From the human T2T-CHM13v2.0 reference genome, Homo sapiens, in the NCBI RefSeq assembly GCF_009914755.1, contig NC_060925.1: DNA of 64,000 nucleotides; one strand, written 5' to 3'. Positions 51,891 to 64,000 of this stretch are shown in pieces (positions within the stretch are counted from its first letter, which is position 1; every line of letters begins with the position of its first letter). The notes below the pieces were generated by a model. The model did no database searches. It was not told the DNA's origin and worked only from the letters and a program-made list of their open reading frames with translations. The translations under genes were made by a program, and so were the position numbers.

Positions 51891-53139
51891 TGGGGCTGCT
51901 TTCTCGAGACGAAGGGGTGTGGCCTGGAGGAGGTTCAGTCCTTTATTGTTCCTGCCCCCAATCATCCCTTTGCCCGGTAGTCCCCGGGGCTTCCTAGACC
52001 TTGAGCTGCAGGGGCCTGGGAGAACGAGCAGGGTAGTCGCGGTCAGCGCAGCCCTAGAGTGGGAGTGTAGTTCTGGGGATAGCTTCCTGGGTGGAGTGGG
52101 ACTAGAGGCCAGAGCTGTGCCCATCACCGGCTCCCTAGGGGCGGGAACCCTCTTTGAAAGGGGAGCAAGGCCGGGTGCGGTGGCTCACACCTGTACTCCC
52201 AACACTTTGGGAGTTTGAGGCGGGCGGATCACGAGGTCAGGAGATCGAGACCATCGTGACTAACATGGTGAAACCCCGCCTCTACTGAAAAAAAAGGGGG
52301 AGCAAAGGAAGCTCCTTTGGTTGGGCTGAGCCTGGAACCCCAGGGAGAAGACCCATTAGGAAAGACTTCCAGAAAAGACAGGTAGCCCTTGTTGGGGTCA
52401 CTATCAGGATAAAAGACCAGAGTTATTTTGTATTCACAGATTTGTTACACTAATTGATCAGAACCCAGGGTCCCACTGCCAGTGGTGGCCAGTGTTGCCT
52501 CTTAGAGATTAGGCTGGAGCCACAGAACCTGGCCAAGGTGGTCCAAGCCTGCAGCCGCTCCCCTGTTGGTGGGTTCTTCAAGAACAACTCGGGTGCTTAG
52601 GCTTCTCAGAGCTGAAGGAGAGGCCTGCTGTCATGAGAGCGGTGCAGGAGGAGGTATTTGGGAAAGCCTGGAGATCCCCAACCTACTTCTTCCCCCATTG
52701 GTCCTTGACTGCACCCTGGCCAGGGGCGATGGGGGAAGGGAACTCTTGGTTCTGGAATAATATCTTAACCACCTCCTCTATGCCAGGCCCCTGAGCACTT
52801 TACACCCATTAATCTGTTCCGGTTCTCCCAACCACTCTGCAAAGTAAGGGTTATTATTCCCATTTCCACAGGTGAAGAAACAGAGAGGGAGGGCGGGTGA
52901 CTTGCCCAAAGACATAGGAGCTATAAGTGAGGGATCTCTTAAACATTAGGATATATGGTGATTCATTTATCAGGCTAAAGAGAGGTCCGTTTAGGGGGAT
53001 ATCTGGGCTCCCACATTCAAGGCTGTGTATAGTGACCCTTGGTCCTTGGGTATTGGAAGGGACATGAGATGCTGGAGGGGTGGCAGAAGGTGCCCCTCCC
53101 AGAGTTTGGGCACACCCCAACCTGGCTGGGCCCTGGGGG

Positions 53140-53159
53140 TGAGTCAGGCTGAGTCAGCA
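53140..53159. promoter_or_regulatory. Tandem AP-1 sites, the second extended to MARE/ARE
   Basis: TGAGTCA 53140-53146 and 53150-53156; GCTGAGTCAGCA 53148-53159. Confidence 0.55.
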
Positions 53160-53195
53160 ACCTGGCTTCTGAGGAGGGTGGGCCAAGGATGCTCA

Positions 53196-53447
<252 letters not shown>

Positions 53448-53911
53448 TCAAAAAGAAAAAGAAAACTTGAGTATTAAATGAAAAGTCATACTAAGTACTT
53501 GGCACATAGTAGAGATCCGTAAATGATGGAACCAATTTGCCCAGCCCTGGAGAGGCCGCCAGGACAGAACCCCCAGGCAGCGTGGGCCTCTGCTTCTCTA
53601 GAGCATCACCATATCAGGAATCCCTGGAATGGGCCCTGGGGAACTCCATAAGGGGAGAAGTGGAGGAGGGGCAGGCTTTTCATCCCAGGAACATTCCATT
53701 CTAACTGCTCAGGCTAGGGGATCCCAGCCAAGGACAAAGGCCCAAGGGAACCTCTGCTTCCCCAGGAGTCCCATTCCATACTATTGCCTCCTGCATCTTC
53801 TCTCCACAATGCCCCCGCCCCCTTCAGGCAGATTTCAAGTTGAAGGGCTTGGGTGGGGCTGGGTGGCTGTGGGAAAGAGGCCATTAAAGCTCTTGGAATT
53901 ATTCTTTCCAG

Positions 53912-54955
53912 CTCCTTCCAACTCCTCAGAACCTCCACTCTATGGATCTGGACCTCTGGATTCGGCTTTCTCCCTGGGCACTGCCTTCAGGAAGACGTTG
54001 AGAATTGACCTTACACAATCCCAGCGCCCTCCTCACAGGAGCCTTTCACTTTACAGTGGCAAGGGGCTGGTTCTGGAGAACTGGCTGATGCTCTGAATTT
54101 CTTCATATACCCCACATTTGACTTTGGCTTACACTGTACAATTGGAGATGTTGCTACAGGTCCCTGAGATGCAATCAGATTAAGCGTAGCAAGCATTGCC
54201 AATGGGAAAGTCAAAATAATTTATTTTTTTTCCCTTTCCCCCTACCCCATCCCCAGCCAAGAATTTCTTTTCAAGATATCGTCATCATTCTTAAACAACA
54301 TTCTTAACCCCCAGCTGGGGTCCCCATTTTAATAGATGTCATTGCTTCAAGTCTAACGGCGCCGGGAGGCCTGTTTGAGGGAAAACATTAGTTTGAAAAA
54401 TCCCCGTTCCCTTCATCCACTGCCCTTGTTCTCCACGTGGGAGTGTGCTTGTGGCCCCTCAGAAAGATAGTCTGCTGGCTCCTAGGGGTTGGGGTGGGGG
54501 ACACACCTTTTTCTCAGGAAGAGGTGATGGCAATGTAAAACATCTAAGCAAAGTTTTAAATGAAAAAAAGGAAACACATTTAAACATCCTGATAATGGAG
54601 GGAAGGGGGGCACATTTACACATAGCCCAGAACTTGTAGAATTCTGCATAGTGAATGTATATTGAATTAGTCTCCTGCCTTATACATTCAGGAGGAATAA
54701 ATTTCCATAATGTAAGGCAAATGCATGGGGTTCTGAGGTTCACTTTGCAAGTGCCCTTGCTGCCTTTCCTCTGTGTCTATTATGGCTCTTTAAGTTGACG
54801 GTTCCTGGAGCAGCTTGTATTTAGTTTCGTTTGGCAGTCTGGCCCTGTTGACTTTGATTTGCAGACCAATTCTCCCTTGACCTGACTCACAGCCGCCTGC
54901 TCTTACCCCCCTCCTCAGGAAGTCTTCCTCATTAAAGGATGTGATGACGGAGCTC
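53912..54955 (+). other. TRNP1: TRNP1 exon 2 (3'UTR only)
   Basis: Unique sequence after the acceptor; AATAAA 54696-54701 and ATTAAA 54931-54936. Confidence 0.72.
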
Positions 54956-55560
54956 AGGGATGAGAATGCACATGTGAGACTGTGTGACACCAAGGAGGGT
55001 TGTGCGAACTGGTGACAACATGGCAGCACCATGGCCTGTGGGGGTTGTGTGACTAGTGTGACTGTGCTGGCGACCATATGGACCTGTTTTGTCAGTCGGT
55101 GTCTAAGCAGGAGATGGCACACTCAAACTGGGAAGTGTTTTAAACATAGGCTATTCTGGCCTGGCATGGTGGATCACACCTGTAATCCCAGCACTTTGGG
55201 AGGCTGAGGCAGGAGGGTTGCTTGAGCTCAGGAGTTCGAGACCAGCCTGGGAGATCCCTGCTCTATAAAAATGAAAAAATTAGCCAGGTGGGGTGGCACA
55301 TGCCTGTGGTACCAGCTACTTAGGAGGCTGAGGTGGGAGGATTGCTTGAGCCCAGGAGGTCAAGGCTGCACTGAGCTGTGATCCTACCACTGTGCGCTCC
55401 AGCCTGGGCAACAGAACAAGACCCTATCTCAAGAAATAAAACAGACTATTTCCAAAGGCGTGGGCTGGGCTTAAGAAACTAACAAGGGGCTGGGTTTGGT
55501 GGCTCACATTTGTAATCCCAGTACTTTGGGAGGCCGAGGCAGGCAGATCACCTGAGGTCA

Positions 55561-55794
<234 letters not shown>

Positions 55795-56691
55795 TCAGCA
55801 ATCTGGGGCCAGCAACAGTGAGAAGCCTTTGCAACTCCTGAGTCTGAGGGTGAGGAGAGGTCACTGTGTGGAGTGGGGCCCCTGACAAGAACCGTGACCT
55901 TTGGTTGAGAGATGTGGCCAACCATGGCAACCTGGTAGAGAGGGAACAAAGAGAATAAATATCTACTCCTCCCTTAAGTCTCCTTAAGACGCTGGGATGT
56001 CTCATTGGCAACCCAACAGGAAGCCGGGGAACAAGGGAGCCATTGATGCAGTCCACAGATGCCAGCCCCCAGGGAACAGAGCAGAAGTGTGGCGAGTGAA
56101 AGCGGAAGGGCAGCATATCATGTAACTGTCTGAGGCTATGCCTTGTTCCTCAAAGTCCACAGCAACGCTCCTTCCCCATCCGGAGCTCCCACAACCCTCG
56201 GGTCTGAAGGGGTGGGTGGACTGTTGCTTGGAGAGCACAGTAAGGTTGGAAGGTAGAGGACAGGGCTTTTCCCTCTCAGCCTTTGCATTGCTGGCTCTGA
56301 GTCCCAGTTCCTGATTCCTGCCTGTCCTGGTGTCTTAGGTAGCTGCAGGAACTGTCCACAGGAGGAACCATGTCAGCCACTGAGTCGGTGTTTTTCTCAC
56401 ACTCAGAAACGCTGCACCACTCCCAAACAAAACCACAGGCGTGCTGCTGCCATCATGAGCCCTGGACAGTCATCACAAGCCATAATTACTGTCACATGTA
56501 TATCAAGAAAACATACATCTTGGCCAGGTGTGGTGGCTCACGCCTGTAATCCCAGCACTTTGGGAGGCCGAGGTGGGCAGATCACGAGGTCAAGAGTTCG
56601 AGACCAGCCTGACCAACATGGTGAAACCCCGTCTCTACTAAAAATACAAAAATTAGCTGGGCATGGTGGTGGGTGCCTGTAATCCCAGCTA

Positions 56692-56854
<163 letters not shown>

Positions 56855-57315
56855 TCACATATAAAATGACAAATGTCACAGTAATGTCAAATTATGCCTT
56901 GTCACATACGTACAGGAGACAACTGTCACAATCATGTGAAATCACAGTGCAGGAGCAGGATGGAACAGAGGTTAACAGCAATGGCTCTGGATCCAGACAA
57001 ACCTCTTTGACCTCTCTGGTCTCAGTTTCTGTCTGCCAAATGGAAATGCTTTCTTTCCCCTTGTGGAGTTGTTGCAAGGATGATTTGGGAGATCATGATT
57101 GGGAAGACCTCAGCATAGTGCCTGCTGGAGTGAAGCCCACCAGGAATGGTGGCTGCTACTGTGAATAACTGTCTCACACGCCCCCACTGCCTCAGGCCCA
57201 TGCGTGTGTGCAGTACCAGCACCTGGACGAGGCCTGCCAGACACCCTCAGGTACATGTGCCACAGTGCATGCACATTCACAGGCAAGCTCTCTGCCTGGA
57301 ATGCTCTTTCTCTAA

Positions 57316-57774
<459 letters not shown>

Positions 57775-59101
57775 TAAGACCATACGGTTCGGTTTATTTT
57801 CTATCTACTCCGTTAGAATGTAGTCTTCACAAGGACAGGGATTTTGTCTTTTGTTTGCTGATGTATTCCCAGCACCCAGAACGGTGTCTGGCACATGGTG
57901 GCTGAATGCAGTGTATACACACATGTACCAAATGGGTTTCTCGCTTTTTCAGCCCTTAACTAAACAAGCACATCCAGGTGAACTCCACCCCCCAGCCCAA
58001 AAAGGTAAGTCTGTTGTGTTTACACTGTGAGCCTCTCATGCCAAGGCTGAAATAGCCAACTCAGGAGGTGAGACAAACTTAGTCCTTCCCATGACCATAG
58101 TTGGGTGGTCACAGCTGGGATGGGGGTGGGAGCTGGTTTTAGTCACCAAGCAAAGAAAGCCTTTCTGTTCACTTTCCAGCCATTTTGAGCCCAGCAGCAC
58201 AAGGGACTCAGAGCAGGTGAGGTGGCTGGACTCACCCTGGTGACCTGGGGCCTCCTCTGCAGCATTGTTTTTTCCACCCTGGCCAGAACCATCAAAGTCA
58301 CCACTTCAGAGGCCCCTAATGAGGCTGAATATGTTAAGGGCTTTGCAATCCCTGGATCAAAGAGTCTGGGCAAACAGCAGGCAGCGTCCAGGCCCATGAC
58401 TGACTGGCTGATACTCTGAGGGCGCAGCATGCTAGGAACTTGCGGCTGACACTCCTAGACAGCCTGGCATGGCCCCATGTGGGTTTGGGAAGGGGAGACC
58501 CTCCCCATCCAGGGGATCTGATTAGAGCGAGCCAGAGCACACCCATCAGTGCTCGGGGCAAGGGAAGGAGCTGGAGGACTGAGGGAGCCTCTCCCAAATA
58601 GAGGCCCTACCTGGGCTCAGGCTTAGGGGGAACCCTACAAGTTCCCCAGTCTCAGCCACCTTTACTGGAGGGGCCTCCAGTCCAGATTCACCCAGCCTGT
58701 TCTCTAGCTGCTCCCTTGGAAGAGACGGGGTAGACAGAGCTGGGAACAAGTACCCCTGAGCACCAGAGTCTGAGTCTAGGCCCAGAGCTATTTGGATTCC
58801 AGGTAGAAAACATAAAAATATTTACTCCTTAACAAGAGCCCTAGACCTGCTAAGGCAACGTGCAGGTCACACATGTAGACAGCAGCTCTTAATATACAGC
58901 TGGTCAGGCTGCGGCTGGGGTTGGGAGAAGGAGGGGCAGTCCCCCAGCCATAGCCCAGGCTTCAAACCCCGCCCCCGCAAATGCTCCCTTCCACAGTACA
59001 AGCCAGACTCCAACTGGGGGAGGCAGCTGCAACCCCCACTGCTACGGAAGGTCCTTCTTTCCCCAGAGGAAGCATGGCACTAAGGTTCAGTGTAGACCGT
59101 C

Positions 59102-59107
59102 TTTATT
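59102..59107 (-). terminator. TENT5B: TENT5B poly(A) signal AATAAA
   Basis: Plus-strand tttatt about 900 nt downstream of the stop, at the end of a repeat-free 3'UTR. Confidence 0.75.
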
Positions 59108-60009
59108 GGCAGGTGTTAAGAGTGCAAAATATCAACAAACCCAGGGGAATACGCAAGGGGGTGGGAGTATGGCTCCCCTACCCCATGTGAGAGCCCTGTA
59201 ACCAAGCCAGTGGGGTGGGAACGTTGACTTGACTGTGGCAAATTCAGGCTCAGCACCTTCCAAAGAACAAGCTCCCAGGCAGGAGGGCTCCTTGCAACAC
59301 AAGGGGGAAAGGAGTGGCACCCTGGAAGGGGCCTGGGCTGCGACCCACCCTGGGCTGCTTGGCTCCTGTATACTGCCCACCTCAACCCCTCAAGAGGAAG
59401 GCTTCACAGCTGGGGGTATGTAGTTCAGAGAACCGGGCTAAACCCAGCCCTCCCCAAACCCAGGTATCTGCCTCGGGCCTCAGTTTCCCTCCTCCCAGTG
59501 ATTACCCAAGTTGGCCCATCAGGCCCTGTAGTGGCCCAGCCTGATCCAAAGTGACAAGTCCCTGTAACATACCATGTATCAGTCAGTGTGTGGGCTGCAG
59601 GCCCTCCAAAGCTGCTGGGATCACCACAGGCTGGCCTTAGTCAAAAAGACCCTCTTAGACCATGGGAATCAATCCAAGGTGCTGGGCATTAAGGCTACCA
59701 CCCCAAACTTGCTTTGTCTCCTGAAGGAAATTGACTTCCAAGACAAATGGCGCCTGCACCCCACCGGCATGCTGGTCCAAAAGTGTGATGCAATAACCAA
59801 AGGGTCCTCCTGCTGAGAGCCCCAGGCTGGCATTAAGCCCACAGGGGCCTCGTGCTCGGGAAAGTCTGGTCTGTTCAATCAAAGGCCCAACCCTGCAGTG
59901 CTGGGCCTCCTGGCACATTCTGCGCCTCTGGTCATGTCCTCCACACACTCTTGGAGGCCCCACCCCACCCCGTGAGGCCCAGTCCCTTCCCTTCTGGCCA
60001 GGGTCTGAG

Positions 60010-61023
60010 TCAGTTACAAGGCAGCCAGGTGGGATAGGCGTGAGCCAGGAGAGGTTGCACGGGGGTCACGTAGTAATTGACAGTGGCTGGCACAACCCCG
60101 TCAGTGCCTGGAGGGCGCCAGGCCAGGGCGGCAGTGGCAGCTGGGCCCTGCTCAGCCAGTGCCTGCAGCGCCAGTGCGGCAATGAGGTCCAGCGTCTGGC
60201 GGCGCTCGTGGTTCATGAGGCACACGGTGCTCTCGTTGACCACCCGGTGCAGTGTCACCAGGCAGGCGTAACGGCGGGCTGCATCTGCCCCACCGAAGTG
60301 GGCCTCCAGGTAGCGCTCTAGGGTGCGCCGCTGCTCCACCAGGTCTGGAAAGTCGATGAAGAAGCGGGAGCACATGTAGCGCTGCAGGGCGCGCACATCG
60401 GTGCTGGGCCGGGGCCGGAAGCCCCGCACCAGGAGGTGGCAGTACTTGAGGAGGCCACCACCTCGGATCTCCTCGGGACTGCGCGTGGCGATGACACGGT
60501 GCCGCAGGTGCTCCAGGGCCTCGGTGAAGTCCCCGTACAGGCTTTCGCCTGTGACCGTTGGGTGGAAGGCCTCAGACATGGGAGTGGACGAGCACTGGCC
60601 AAAGAGCAACAGGGAGTCCAGGATGATCTGGAAGGAGTCTATGCTGAATTCAAACTGGCGTCTCACCGAGTCCACAAACTTGAGCTCCACGTTCTTGCCG
60701 CTCTTGTTGGACAGTGAGATGAGGCTCCAGCGGTCCGAGTCTGTGCACACTTTCACCAGCTTCTGCACGTATGCCTCCTTGAGTGTCAGTGGCGTGATCT
60801 TGGCCCGGCTCACACCGGCCGGCAGGAAGTCTAGTAGGCAGGCCAGCACCACTGCCTTGGTCAGCTGGAAGGATGCCTCACTGCGCAGGTCCACCCGGAA
60901 CACCAGGTCCAGATCCTTGTAGCCCAGGCCACTCTCAGGGTGCAGCACGTGGCTGGCAGCTGAACCATGCAGCCGCACACTGTGCACATGTAGTCCCTGC
61001 TCCTCCAGGGTGCTGCGGACCAC
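60010..61023 (-). CDS. TENT5B: TENT5B/FAM46B non-canonical poly(A) polymerase, last coding exon (337 aa; first exon lies beyond the window)
   Basis: Acceptor ctctcccctgcAG|GTG (phase 0). Nucleotidyltransferase motif HGSAAS...[34 protein letters not shown] and C-terminal TWLPCN are typical of the FAM46/TENT5 family. Synteny with TRNP1 indicates paralog B. Confidence 0.95.
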
Positions 61024-61443
61024 CTGCAGGGGAGAGCAGGAAGGAGAGGTGTCAGGAGCGGGCCTCAGGGGTCCACCAAGGACTTCCGTTTACTTATCAC
61101 GGTAACTTCAACCACTATTGGCCCCTAACCAGCTGTTATGCCTTTGGAAAATCATTTAACTTTTTTTTTTATTGGGTGGGGGTGGGGGGGTTGGGGGGGA
61201 GTCATTTAACTCTTTAAACCTAATCTGAGAATGGCCCATCTGGAGGAATGACTCAGGAAGAATAGCAATGATAATAGCACACATCTGCATAGAATTTACT
61301 AAACAGCAGGTCACTTAATCCTCACAATAACCCTGTGAGGTGGATACTATTATTCACACTTTACAGATGCAAAAATGGAAGTACAGAGGGGCCAAGTAAC
61401 TAGCTCAAAGGCAAACAGCTGGTGAATGCAGAGCTGGGAATAA

Positions 61444-63332
<1,889 letters not shown>

Positions 63333-64000
63333 CAGGACAGGTCTCCTGGGAAACTGAAGCTCACAGGAGTGATGTCACTTGCACAAGATCACGTGGAGAT
63401 GCCTTCAAACCCAGGGATGGCCAACAGCAAAGCCTATCCTGTTTCTACCACATTACAGTCCCAGGGTTCAGAAGGAGCAGACTAGTGTTCTAATCCACCT
63501 TCCCTTTCTAAATTTCAAAGCAAAGGCAACCCTCAAGCTACTGAAGCCCAGAGCCAGAATAGTTGGGGAACAGGAAGGTGAGGGTTGGGAGATGCCTTGG
63601 CCAGACAAGGCCAGTTGCTGCAGTCCAGCCTGTGGGACTTCTAACCCACACCCTGTCAGCTGGCAGCTGTGCCTGCATGGGCCAAAGACCTTGGTCCAAG
63701 GACCCTACCAAACCTGCAGAGAAGACCAGCCCCTTCCTCAGATCCCATTAGGGCTGACTGAGCCTTACTCAGTGCCAGCTCCTGCTCCCAGGCTGGTGCC
63801 CACCCCAGGGCTTGGCATCTGGCCTAGTGAGTAGGTAGCAGTACTCTTGTTAAATCCCCTGCGTCAGGGCCATGGGGCCAGCTGTGTCAGCCAGCCAGTC
63901 GCTGTTGTCTCCTTCCCAGGTGTGACTACAGCCAGTTTGGCAGACGGTCACCAGATACCACCACACCCAAGTACTGCAGGGCAGCTTGGTGCCTCCTGAA

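Noticed and set aside
58425-58445. Possible p53/p63 element (cagcatgctaggaacttgcgg)
   Set aside because: Half-sites are imperfect and offset by a spacer; too weak to call from sequence alone.

Overview
Human (or very close primate) GC-rich, extremely Alu-dense genomic DNA, recognisable from protein translations as the NUDC-KDF1-TRNP1-TENT5B locus (1p36 from memory). It holds the last coding exon of NUDC (+), the complete four-exon KDF1 gene (-, 398 aa after splicing), the complete TRNP1 gene (+, 227 aa CDS in exon 1, with a 5.2 kb intron in the 3'UTR) and the large last exon of TENT5B/FAM46B (-). Between KDF1 and TRNP1 lie three retrocopies (RPL12, RPL32, OSTC), dozens of Alus, L1, MaLR/ERV LTR, Tigger and MIR/L2 relics. 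There are no rRNA, tRNA or CRISPR features, and most ORFs in the track are Alu or antisense artefacts. I found no wholly new multi-gene system. The best leads are regulatory or evolutionary: (1) an NMD-eliciting 3'UTR intron in TRNP1; (2) a chain of ATGA stop/start overlaps at the KDF1 start leading into a 217-codon alternative frame; (3) an OSTC retrocopy whose ORF appears rescued by two compensating deletions; (4) nested retro-insertion clusters; (5) specific motif clusters (ZEB/SNAIL E-boxes, tandem AP-1/MARE, CTCF, a degenerate CACTGAG array). Gene identities and parent-gene comparisons rest on recall, not database searches. Repeat boundaries are approximate.
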